Shown here: positions 13,301-21,904 of the stretch, in pieces
Numbering within the stretch: position 1 is the stretch's first letter
How the letters are laid out: each line of letters begins with the position of its first letter
Assembly (NCBI GenBank): GCA_040387315.1
Contig: JAZKEA010000338.1
Span: 1-39,454 of the forward strand
Direction: 5' to 3'
Source: Armatimonadota bacterium
Lineage (GTDB): Bacteria > Armatimonadota > Armatimonadia > Armatimonadales > Armatimonadaceae
DNA length: 39,454 bases
Program-made: the position numbers and the translations under genes
Notes under the pieces: generated by a model
The model's input: the letters and a program-made list of their open reading frames with translations, nothing else
Databases searched by the model: none
Told to the model about the DNA's origin: nothing

Positions 13301-16300
13301 CTAAGGATGCCATCTTTTTCCTTTATCCATATCCTTTTCCTCAGGCAGAAAATGGCCATTAGCACTTCCACCCGGAGTATTTTCTAGTACATCAAGCTCC
13401 GACAATCCTCGATTATAAACTAGCCACAATTTGGGGACTTTAGCCTTTTTAGCCGAGTCGACATCATAACCGCTGAATCTACCTGGATTACCCCACATTG
13501 CACCGGGAGGTCTGTCCGGCATGGGGTCACCTTTGTCATAAGGGTGAGTATGTATATAACCTGCTGCCCCAGGTGCAAAGGTTGGATTTGGGATCACGCT
13601 TTCAGTGCCAATATCTATGGGGCCAACAGTGAAATCATTTATCGGCTTTCCGTTCCCGTCCTTGTTTCCCGTATCATGAGGAACAATAGATGCCCCCCAT
13701 TCCTTGTCCTTTTTAGATTTATCCCAGGCATAATCCGCAAAAGCTTTTACCGCTTCATAAGTTGACGGATAAACTTTGCCTTTAAAGTGGGCATCTGCGT
13801 CTGATTTCGCATCCAACCCTTCCGGATCAATCGCATTGATCGGATCGTTCTCGCAGTAAGCGTACCAGTTCTTTCCCGCTTGAATGGGATCACGGCTGAT
13901 AAATCTTCCCGTACTGTTATCGTAGTATCGATGCCCAAGCCGCATCAGTCCGCTGTCCGTATCACTCTGGTAACCGTTTCCGCCGCCGAATCCAAACGGC
14001 GTCCCCGTTCCTGAACCAAATACGGTCATTCCAAAGGCATCTGTTTCCAGACTCGCGGAAGTGTTGCCACTCGCATCGGATAGGGTTCTTGTGGTTCCCA
14101 GGCTGTCGGCGTGGTAGACGCGGGTGTTGCCACCTCTGACCTCGGAAATAAGCCCCATTCCATACTGATAGGTCGCCGCGCCATCGGCAAGCACATTAGC
14201 ATCAATGGCATCGTCGGCGAGTTTGTAGGAGAAGGTGCCTGTGCTGTCAGACTTTCCGACTCTTTGCCCGAGTCCGTTGTAGGTGAAGGAGTTCGTCGCG
14301 CTTGACGGATACGTGATTCCGGTCAGTCGGCTTGCCCCGTCCCAGTTCAGAGTCGTCGTATTCGATCCCGTAGTCACACTCGTCGTGTTACCCGCGCCGT
14401 CATACGTATAGGTCTTCGCTCCCGCCGACTGTAGTTTGTTGGCAGAGTCGTAGCTGTAATACTCGGTCGTGCTTCCCAGCGTCTTCGTCAGTCTGTTTCC
14501 CGCATTGTCATAAGAATAACCGACCGTGTATCCAAGACCGCCTGTTCTGATTTCATCAGTCAACTGCCCCGCGTTGTCATAGGTGAACGACCGGACCGAA
14601 CTGTCCGCAAGCGTTTCCGTTGCTTTCCTGCCCAGGCTATCGAATGTGTAGGTCTGCCTGGAGATCACCGCGTTTGTGGTCGTGTTCTTCGTCTCAATCT
14701 GGAGAAGATCACCCGTTGCAGAATCGTAGGAGCGCGTTTCTCCCGTGCTGTTGGGGAATGCCGTGGTGGACAGGCGACCAAGCGTGTCGCAAGAATATGT
14801 CGTTGTACCTGCGCCTGTCACTGCCGTACTCAGCCGTCCCGCACTATCGTAAGTGTAGGAAGTAGTCTGACCGCTCACGGTTCGGCTCGTCTTCTGGCCC
14901 GCCGCGTTGTAAGCATACGCGACACTGCCCTGCGGACTCGTTCGCCCCGTCATCCGACCGGCGTTGTCATAAGAATAGGACGTGGTTCCTGTACCATCGA
15001 CCATGCTCGTTTTGCGATTTTCCACATCGTAGCCAAATGACACGGATGCAGTTACTCCGTCATCATAGGAGATCGCCGTTGCCCGACCCGCATCATCATA
15101 GGAAAGGTATTGCGTAACAGACCTACCATCCGTCGTGCTGGCGAGATTTCCTCGGGCATCATAACTGTAACTTTCACCGTTGTAGTCGGGATAGGAGAGA
15201 CTCGTTAGGTGGCTGCGACCGTCATAGACATAATACGTCGTGTTTCCGTTGCCATCGGTGAAGGATGTTTTGTTCCCGCTGGCATCGTAGCCGTAATAGA
15301 CCACGCGGCTCAAAGCGTCCGTGTGACTGGTCAGTTTCCCTGCCGCATCGTAAACGAAGGTATTCGTCTGCGAGAGGGCATTGGTCTGTGTTAGCTTGTT
15401 GCCGCCGAGATCATAGGTAAAGGAGGTAGTGCGACCTCCTGGCGCGGTGACGCTTGCCACATTACCGGTGCTGTCATAAACCGTCGTCGTTGTCAGCGCA
15501 CTGGTTCCCGAACCCGCAGTTGCTGTCAAGGGGCGTCCCAAAGCGTCAAAGGTCGCTGTGGAAACGCGGCTGGTCGGGTCCGTGGTGCTAACCTTGTTGC
15601 CGTCGAGATCATATTGAAACGTCGTCGTGTGGCTGAGGGCGTCCGTCGCCGAGGTAGGCAATCCATAGCTGCCATACGTGCCCGAATACGCAAGGGTTGT
15701 TGTCTCAGAGTTCGGATTCGTCACACTCGTCGGATTGCCGTTTGTGTCATACGTATACGTGGTGACGCGGCTTCCCGCTGTCGTAATCGTGAGTGGCTGG
15801 TTCAGCGCGTTGTACGTCGTTGTTGTCGTGTGCGAGAGCGGGTCCGTCGCCGTGAGCTGGTTGCCTGCGCCGTCATAGGTGAACGTCCATACCTTGCTCG
15901 CCGCGTCCGTTACCTGCGTCTTGTTGAAGTTCGAGTCGTAGGAGTAAGAGGTCGTGTAGTTCTGCTGATCGACGACGCTCGAAAGCTTTCCGCCGCTGTA
16001 GTTGTGGCGGATCGCGTAGCTGCGCGGATCAGTGATGGTTGTGTAGCCGCTCGTATAGCCGTAGCTCGTGGTCTGCGAGAGCGGGTTCGTCTCGGTTAGA
16101 ACCGCGTTGTTGCTCGAATACGTGAACGTCCAGTTCTGGCTCCGGGCATCGGTCAGCGTCGTGACGCAGTGGTTGGCGTTATAGGCAAGCGTGGCAGTGG
16201 GATTGAGGCCGCTTGCGGGAATGGCGGAGGGATAAATGACCTGGTAGAGATCGCCCCCGGTGTTATAGGACAGGAGGAAGCTGCGTCCCAGCGGGTCCGT

Positions 16301-17050
16301 TATCTCCGTTAGCTTGTTGCCCGTGCCATAGGTGAAGGTGAGGGCGCGGCCCGAGGGATCGGTCACTGCCGTTACGAAGTCGCCGCTGTTGTGGGCGATG
16401 GTGATCGTGTTGCTGTTCCTGTCACTGATCGACACGCAGTTCCAGCGGTTGCCCGTGCCGCCGCTGAACAGGTAGGTGACGCCAGATTTCGTGGTCAGGG
16501 CGAAGCTTGTCGGATTGTTGTTTGTGTCCCAGGCGGCAACCAGGCTGTCATGGATGCCCGTGGGTGCAAAGTAGTCGCCCGATACCCCGTCGAAGGCGAA
16601 AGGGTAGGCGAGGCCGTCGCCCCAGTGAATACTTGCCGTGCCTGTCACGGGGTCCGTCACAAGGTAGATATCGTAGCTATGGCTCCACTTTGCACCCATT
16701 TCGCTCGTGCCCTCGCCCTGCGAGTTGTGGAACAGTGAGAGCGAGACGGGCAGACCTCCCCGTGCGGTCCAGCCGACGATGGGGAGGGTGGTCATCTTGT
16801 TGCCGTTGCCGGTGTTGGTGCCCGTTCCCGACTGCCCTTCCCAGGGATAAGCGGAACCAGGTTCTTCTGTCAACGAGAATTGAAGTTCGTCGATCCCTCC
16901 AGGTCCTCCCCCGCCGTCAACGGCATAGGCGATAGGAGAGGGAAGGAGAAAGAGAGAAAGGAAGACGGAAAGAGGAAGGAGCCTGCGAAGGCAGGAGGGA
17001 CGGGCATCTGCGTGACCATCCTTGTGACGACGAGAAACAGCGACAACCAT
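13301..17050 (-). CDS. RHS/YD-repeat polymorphic toxin with a Sec-type signal peptide and a ~170-aa C-terminal toxin domain
   Basis: Many YD repeats are present (…YTYDxxGNxxS…). The RHS core end reads GHRYYDNSTGRFISRDPIQAGKNWYAYCENDPINAIDPEGL. The start is preferred at 17050 (MVVAVSRRHK…RRLLPLSVFLSLFLLPSPIAYA) because GAGGAG lies 9 nt upstream. The track ORF extends to 17179. Confidence 0.9.
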   Translation of the reverse strand: MVVAVSRRHKDGHADARPSCLRRLLPLSVFLSLFLLPSPIAYAVDGGGGPGGIDELQFSLTEEPGSAYPWEGQSGTGTNTGNGNKMTTLPIVGWTARGGLPVSLSLFHNSQGEGTSEMGAKWSHSYDIYLVTDPVTGTASIHWGDGLAYPFAFDGVSGDYFAPTGIHDSLVAAWDTNNNPTSFALTTKSGVTYLFSGGTGNRWNCVSISDRNSNTITIAHNSGDFVTAVTDPSGRALTFTYGTGNKLTEITDPLGRSFLLSYNTGGDLYQVIYPSAIPASGLNPTATLAYNANHCVTTLTDARSQNWTFTYSSNNAVLTETNPLSQTTSYGYTSGYTTITDPRSYAIRHNYSGGKLSSVVDQQNYTTSYSYDSNFNKTQVTDAASKVWTFTYDGAGNQLTATDPLSHTTTTTYNALNQPLTITTAGSRVTTYTYDTNGNPTSVTNPNSETTTLAYSGTYGSYGLPTSATDALSHTTTFQYDLDGNKVSTTDPTSRVSTATFDALGRPLTATAGSGTSALTTTTVYDSTGNVASVTAPGGRTTSFTYDLGGNKLTQTNALSQTNTFVYDAAGKLTSHTDALSRVVYYGYDASGNKTSFTDGNGNTTYYVYDGRSHLTSLSYPDYNGESYSYDARGNLASTTDGRSVTQYLSYDDAGRATAISYDDGVTASVSFGYDVENRKTSMVDGTGTTSYSYDNAGRMTGRTSPQGSVAYAYNAAGQKTSRTVSGQTTSYTYDSAGRLSTAVTGAGTTTYSCDTLGRLSTTAFPNSTGETRSYDSATGDLLQIETKNTTTNAVISRQTYTFDSLGRKATETLADSSVRSFTYDNAGQLTDEIRTGGLGYTVGYSYDNAGNRLTKTLGSTTEYYSYDSANKLQSAGAKTYTYDGAGNTTSVTTGSNTTTLNWDGASRLTGITYPSSATNSFTYNGLGQRVGKSDSTGTFSYKLADDAIDANVLADGAATYQYGMGLISEVRGGNTRVYHADSLGTTRTLSDASGNTSASLETDAFGMTVFGSGTGTPFGFGGGNGYQSDTDSGLMRLGHRYYDNSTGRFISRDPIQAGKNWYAYCENDPINAIDPEGLDAKSDADAHFKGKVYPSTYEAVKAFADYAWDKSKKDKEWGASIVPHDTGNKDGNGKPINDFTVGPIDIGTESVIPNPTFAPGAAGYIHTHPYDKGDPMPDRPPGAMWGNPGRFSGYDVDSAKKAKVPKLWLVYNRGLSELDVLENTPGGSANGHFLPEEKDMDKGKRWHP

Positions 17051-17242
17051 GAACGCGATCTCCTCAGTCAAACAATGACGCCAAAAGGCTTTGAGGAGTG
17101 ATCCAAACTTGCGCTTGAAGGTCCTGGAGGTCTTTGAGCGGTTTGGCGGAAGCGTTCCCGCATTAAAGCAGCGGAACATGCCCGAACGCCAGAGTGTACG
17201 AGAGAGCGAAGCCGTTGCTCTAGCGCAGCGGGTGTTATCGCG

Positions 17243-17266
17243 GTTATCACTATATTGAGTGATAAC
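17243..17266. promoter_or_regulatory. Candidate operator palindrome upstream of the RHS gene
   Basis: GTTATCACT (17243-17251) and AGTGATAAC (17258-17266) form a perfect 9-bp inverted repeat with a 6-bp spacer. An extra GTTATC half-site lies at 17234-17239. The site is ~190 nt upstream of the preferred RHS start. Confidence 0.35.
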
Positions 17267-17853
17267 GGTGGCTGCCTTCCCGTCGTCAGCACGGTCGCAT
17301 TAGGGATTTCGTAACGAAACAGGGACACTATTCCACGACATCTGTATACCTGTCAAGAGGTATTTTTCAGTTGAACAATGGTTCTGAACACGCGGCGAAA
17401 ATAATGCCGTTTGCAGGCAGGCTTTAGGAGTCTCCTCGGTGGTGTCTGATACGTTCCGACACAGATAAGTATCGGAGCAGTTTTCAACCAGTACATGATA
17501 AATCGGCAAAATGAAAACACCGAAAGGACAGAACATTACGAAATCAGCCAAGGGACCTCAATATCTGCTGGCGTTAGAGCAATCCGCCCAGTAAATTACA
17601 TAGATTTGCCGATCTGCTCTTCCCCATCCCTTGCCCCTCCTGAACAACAGGAATCTTTTGCATCGGTATCCGCGGCTACTTGGTTTCTTCTGGGATATAG
17701 TGTGACGCAAATGTCACCGTTGAAACGCCTGAAACTAACGTGGTTGCCATAAGGAAATTGGGCAAGATGGCGCATTATTCTCCATAGTATTCCGTCAGGT
17801 AGCGCGGCTTGGCAGCGCCCTTTCTGCTGATCTTTGGAGGGAGACCGATTATT

Positions 17854-18651
17854 ATGCAGGAAAATCACGAGCTTCTACGGTCTAAACAGGACCGGGTTCG
17901 CCGCCATGAAATGTTTGCGCTGCTGCTGAAGTACGGGACCGCCGCAGGGGTCGCGCTGACTTCTGCCGGGGCTAGTGACGGCGTTTCCGGCGGAGCGGGG
18001 CTGCAGGAACAGAAGGCGGTTTCGGCGGTCTCACCCGTAATGGCAGGGCAAGCCGCCCCCCTGTTTACGCTCCAGGATGCGGGAAGCCTCAAGCCCGTTT
18101 CCTTGAAAAGCGTGCGGGGACGACCGGTCACGCTTTTCTTCTTCTGCGGATGCACTGAGTGCTTTGGCGTCGCGAAAGCGTGGGCATATCTTCAGCGCAG
18201 TGGTGCGCTCGCGTCGCGGGGAACGGCACCTGCTGAACGGACAGGTACTGCTAAGAAACCCGCCAAGCCGTCAAAGTCGGTATTCCCGTCCGGCTTATCC
18301 CTGCCAGCCGTTACCGTCGTCGTGTACTCCGGGGGCGCGAGCGGGGCCAAGGACCTTTCCGCCCGCGCGGGTCTGGACACGGACTCGGGAAAGACGGTCC
18401 TGCTGACCGATCCCGACCTGCGCGTCACCGATAGTCTCTACCATGTGGAGTCGTGTCCGCGTTCCGTCGTCCTCGACGCTGCGGGTATCGTTCGGTACGC
18501 GGACGGGCAGAAAGAGGGCGGGTCCTCGCCCGAATCCGCCGACGTCATCGTCGCGAAAACCTTCGAGGCACTCCGGCACGTCCAGGTCCAGGGGTTTCCC
18601 CGGCGCGCGGATGGTGTTCCTGCACGGCCCACGCCGAAAAAAGTTAACTGA
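17854..18651 (+). CDS. TlpA/redoxin-like thioredoxin-fold protein, exported
   Basis: AAPLFTLQDAGSLKPVSLKSVRGRPVTLFFFCGCTEC…LLTDPDLRVTDSLYHVESCPRSVVLDAAGIVRY follows the redoxin pattern with a CTEC active-site motif. The start is preferred at 17854 (GGAGGGAG upstream). A hydrophobic N-terminal segment is present. Confidence 0.65.
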   Translation: MQENHELLRSKQDRVRRHEMFALLLKYGTAAGVALTSAGASDGVSGGAGLQEQKAVSAVSPVMAGQAAPLFTLQDAGSLKPVSLKSVRGRPVTLFFFCGCTECFGVAKAWAYLQRSGALASRGTAPAERTGTAKKPAKPSKSVFPSGLSLPAVTVVVYSGGASGAKDLSARAGLDTDSGKTVLLTDPDLRVTDSLYHVESCPRSVVLDAAGIVRYADGQKEGGSSPESADVIVAKTFEALRHVQVQGFPRRADGVPARPTPKKVN

Positions 18652-18685
18652 CAACGAAGACCATAGCCTTTGCTATCGACGGCGG

Positions 18686-19663
18686 CTATTGCGTTTTCCG
18701 AGCTCGTCGCGAGCCGCGACCAAACAAAAGCCGGTCGATCCGATTCTCCAGAAACCGGCGGAGGGGATCGAAGGAGAACGCGATCACCAGCACGCCGAAC
18801 CGGGTGAGCGTGGTAGATCCCTCCCCCGTAAAGCGGTCGGTCGCCAGCAGAACGAAGGCGCTGTAGGCGGCAAGCGCAAACGACAGGAGCAGCCCCAGCA
18901 CAAGCGTCCGGCGGACGAACAAGCGGAAGTCGAAGAGCCGATGCCTCGCCACGGCGTAGGCGACGGCGAGCAGGAACAGGAGCGTGGAAAGCGGCCCGAC
19001 GTCGGTGTAGCGGAAGTCGCCGAAGACGTAGGGGAGGAGGGCGTTCGTCACCAGGGACACCAACCCGGTCGCGAGGGTCCCGATCCCGATCAGGAGCAGT
19101 TGGTCCCGTACCGGACCCGGCACGCTCTCGCGCCGGGTCCGGAAAGCGAGCAGGACCGCCGCCACGAGAAAGCCGACGACATGGGCGAGGTAGAGGGGGA
19201 ACAGTGGCCCATAGACGGTGGTATGGCGCAGGACCGCATCCCCATGAACGATCTCCGCCCGGTCCACCAGCGGCGTCAGCAGGGTGACCGCCGTGAGGCA
19301 GATGACCCAGGCCGCTTCCCAACCTCGTTGCTGCGCGGGGAAAGGGTTGCCGCCTTTCTGGTTTCCTCCACCGGTGACCGCTTGGACGAAGCGGTAGGCG
19401 AAAAAGACGGCGGGCGCCATCGCCGCGAAGTTGAGGCGTCCCAGCCAGAGGGCGAGGCTAGGATCATTGGTGCGGTCGAAGAGGAAGAGGGTAGCGAGCC
19501 AGAGCAGCAGCGACAGCGCGGTCAGGGCGAAGTGGGAGTGCAGCCGGGAGCGCGGGTTCTTCAGCCAGATCAGTAGGGCCGACCCGAAGAGCAGCAGCGA
19601 GCTTGCCCCGTACAGGAAGTCCGTCGTCGAGGCGCGGGAAACGGGGGCAAGGTCGAGCGCCAC
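18686..19663 (-). CDS. Polytopic membrane protein resembling the 7TM N-terminal sensor module of histidine kinases, without an output domain
   Basis: About seven hydrophobic helices are visible. The protein ends in …FSFDPLRRFLENRIDRLLFGRGSRRARKTQ, the junction region that in full-length sensors precedes GAF/HisKA domains. Overlapping ORFs in other frames are Arg/Pro-rich shadows. Confidence 0.65.
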   Translation of the reverse strand: MALDLAPVSRASTTDFLYGASSLLLFGSALLIWLKNPRSRLHSHFALTALSLLLWLATLFLFDRTNDPSLALWLGRLNFAAMAPAVFFAYRFVQAVTGGGNQKGGNPFPAQQRGWEAAWVICLTAVTLLTPLVDRAEIVHGDAVLRHTTVYGPLFPLYLAHVVGFLVAAVLLAFRTRRESVPGPVRDQLLLIGIGTLATGLVSLVTNALLPYVFGDFRYTDVGPLSTLLFLLAVAYAVARHRLFDFRLFVRRTLVLGLLLSFALAAYSAFVLLATDRFTGEGSTTLTRFGVLVIAFSFDPLRRFLENRIDRLLFGRGSRRARKTQ

Positions 19664-19741
19664 AGGAAAGGCTTTAGTGTCGTACTGACCGCGGAATCGT
19701 TTTCATGCTCGCCCTTATGGTCGCCCGTTCGCTGTCATCCG

Positions 19742-20479
19742 TCAAGGGATGGCACCTGGTGACATATCCTGAGGGTTCGCCTTTTGCACCGTAGCCGGAC
19801 TCTTGTTTAGCGCGGTCTCGACGATCTGACGGTAGGTGCGGGAGCGCAGGGCTTTCTCGACCAGGGCACCGGCGGTTTCCCGGAGGGACAATGAACAGGG
19901 ATAACAGTCCTCTCCCCAGTGGGAGCGGAGCGGTCCGCGTACCTCCAAGGGCCACCCCAGCAGGCGGTAGCAGCGCATCATGGTCGGGGTAACCTCCAGC
20001 CACAGGTGGGTAATGCCACTGTCCATGCAGTGCCGCCACAGGGCGCCGGTGAGCGTCCAAAAACACGCGGCTGCAGTATTTCCTTTACCATCTTTCTTGC
20101 CGCGCCATTCCCTGCGAACCGCCAAGACCGCGACGTAGGCGGCACCGGCACCGCTTCCGATATCGATCTCCGGCCATAACTTCTGACACGGCAGCATGCC
20201 CGCGTCATCCGGTCGGACGAGCTGAAGTCCCCCCACGAGTTCTTTGGCAGCATTCGCGCCGCCCGCTCGAAAGCCCTTGCGGACAGCCCATAACCCGAAG
20301 TAGGCGGAGCGTTCCGAATGGGCGCGCAATTCGCCGCCGTGCCGCCACCCCTCACTTGCGGCGATCTCTTCGAAGACTCCGACAAGCATTCCCACATCTT
20401 CGCAGGCCAGGAGCCGCTCCACCCGTACGGGTTCTACGGGGGCCACTACCAGGTCCCCCTCAAGCTCCAGTATCGCCAC
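19742..20479 (-). CDS. GNAT-fold acyltransferase-like protein
   Basis: GTG start with GAGAGGGG upstream. The segment VAVLAVRREWRGKKDGKG…LWLEVTPTMMRCYRLLGWPLEVRGPLRSHWGEDCYPCSL resembles the acyl-CoA-binding strand-helix and C-terminal half of GNAT / N-acyl amino acid synthase-like proteins. The family was not verified. Confidence 0.5.
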   Translation of the reverse strand: MAILELEGDLVVAPVEPVRVERLLACEDVGMLVGVFEEIAASEGWRHGGELRAHSERSAYFGLWAVRKGFRAGGANAAKELVGGLQLVRPDDAGMLPCQKLWPEIDIGSGAGAAYVAVLAVRREWRGKKDGKGNTAAACFWTLTGALWRHCMDSGITHLWLEVTPTMMRCYRLLGWPLEVRGPLRSHWGEDCYPCSLSLRETAGALVEKALRSRTYRQIVETALNKSPATVQKANPQDMSPGAIP

Positions 20480-20567
20480 GATGATGCCCCTCTCTTCTCA
20501 GTAATCCGGAATCCGAAATCCGCTCCAAAGTTTCCGATGCAGAACCATTACAGTGGCAACCAACTAA

Positions 20568-20613
20568 GTGTGCCCGATCACACATTATACGCCGAATATG
20601 TGATGAGGCACAC
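20568..20613. promoter_or_regulatory. Imperfect 19-bp inverted repeat in the divergent GNAT/XRE intergenic region (candidate operator)
   Basis: GTGTGCCcgATCACAcATT (20568-20586) pairs with AATaTGTGATgaGGCACAC (20595-20613); 16 of 19 positions are complementary around an 8-bp centre. Confidence 0.45.
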
Positions 20614-20689
20614 TTTTTGGGACGGCGATCTTGCGACAATGGGCCATTTCCGCTAGTCGCTGGAGGATGGTAGGCGGCTAGGAAGTGGA

Positions 20690-20962
20690 GTGAAACCGCC
20701 CATGCCTCGGGGAGATCGGCTCAAAGCCAAAAACGGGAAGCTGAATACGGTAGGGGGCCGGGTGCGAGAGCGCAGACGTTCCCTCCGCCTGACGCAGGAT
20801 GAGCTGCAGGGGCGACTCGGTTTTGTAACGGACGGCGAATGGGCGGTGTCGGGTCAGGAGGTGCTCAACATCGAGCGGGGTCTGCGTACGGTTCTGGACG
20901 TGGAATTGCTCGCCCTGGCCCGGGCACTGGAATGCGACGTGCTATGGCTGCTTACCGGTTAG
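20690..20962 (+). CDS. XRE-family HTH regulator
   Basis: VGGRVRERRRSLRLTQDELQGRLGF…VLNIERGLRTVLDVELLALARALECDVLWLL is the HTH_3 pattern. The start is GTG at 20690 or ATG at 20702. Confidence 0.7.
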   Translation: MKPPMPRGDRLKAKNGKLNTVGGRVRERRRSLRLTQDELQGRLGFVTDGEWAVSGQEVLNIERGLRTVLDVELLALARALECDVLWLLTG

Positions 20963-21174
20963 GACGGGCGAACTAACGGTGACTGATAGTCGACTTGCAA
21001 TGTCTTGACATGGACAGGAAGCCGGAACAAACCTGGGCACTTCAACTGCTACTCGAGCGGCTGAGACGCAACGCCAGCTTGGCTGCTCAGGAATATCCTG
21101 CTCTTTGCAATCATCCATAGTTTGAACAGACGTCCTTGATTCTGGTTATGGCAGGAAAAACGCGGCATATATTT

Positions 21175-21843
21175 CTACCGTTCGGCTTTCTCAGGTTTGT
21201 CCGGAACATCGGATCGGTCTATGTGGCAGCCAGAGGTGGGAGAAACAGGTACCAGTACCTTTTTTCCTGCCAGGGCGCGCTCCAGGGCGCTTGCCAGGTA
21301 GCGGCGGGTGATGCGCTCGCGGCCCGTCTTAACCAGCTGCTCGGCGGAGTCATCGGGATCGCCACGGAACACGACGCGGCCTCTGGGGTCGATCAGGAAG
21401 GTTTCGGGGGTGTTCGTGGCGTGAAGCGCGTCGGCGATCTTGTGGTGTGCATCGACCAGAATCGGGAAGGGAGGTTTCTCACTCTTTTCCATCGGACCGG
21501 GAAGATCAAGTACCGCTGTCTCCGCACTTGGATTTCCGCTGCTTGCAGAAGGGGTAGGCTGAACATACCGGACGTTGGCAGCGTTCGAGGCAACGGCGTA
21601 GAAGCGGACGCCTTTGTTTTTGTACTTTCGGGACAGGGGGAAGAGCGTGTCCTGCTCGCAGCGGCGTACGCAAGGACAGGAAGTAGACCAGAAGTACAAC
21701 ACCCGCCAGGAGTGATCCTCCGTACCAGCTATGGTACCGACCAAAGTATCATTCACATCGATGCTTCTTACTTTTCCTGTTAAGCCAGTAATTTGTACAA
21801 GAATCAGTAGAAGCACAACCGTGCACTTTTCAGCGGGGGGCAT
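21175..21843 (-). CDS. Thioredoxin-fold (TlpA/redoxin-like) protein with an N-terminal signal or anchor
   Basis: WRVLYFWSTSCPCVRRCE…GVRFYAVASNA…PFPILVDAHHKIADALHATNTPETFLIDPRGRVVFRGDPDD follows the redoxin pattern, with SCPC in place of the usual WCxxC. It lies 61 nt downstream of the GT2 gene on the same strand. Confidence 0.6.
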   Translation of the reverse strand: MPPAEKCTVVLLLILVQITGLTGKVRSIDVNDTLVGTIAGTEDHSWRVLYFWSTSCPCVRRCEQDTLFPLSRKYKNKGVRFYAVASNAANVRYVQPTPSASSGNPSAETAVLDLPGPMEKSEKPPFPILVDAHHKIADALHATNTPETFLIDPRGRVVFRGDPDDSAEQLVKTGRERITRRYLASALERALAGKKVLVPVSPTSGCHIDRSDVPDKPEKAER

Positions 21844-21904
21844 TTATCTTCTCGTTCATTTCTCGTCTGGCGGAGGATACAAATAGTTCGGATATTGCAT
21901 GTGG

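Noticed and set aside
13814-17050. Possibility that the HTHP motif of the RHS-1 tip is a JAMM/MPN metalloprotease signature
   Set aside because: The spacing after HxH does not give the Sx2D part of the JAMM motif and no upstream Glu is evident. A DUF4329-like assignment fits better and is itself unverified.
18438-19576. Long ORFs (294 aa minus, 377 aa plus) overlapping the 7TM membrane protein gene
   Set aside because: They are extremely Arg/Pro/Gly/Glu rich with no hydrophobic core or motifs. The 325-aa frame gives a coherent polytopic membrane protein.
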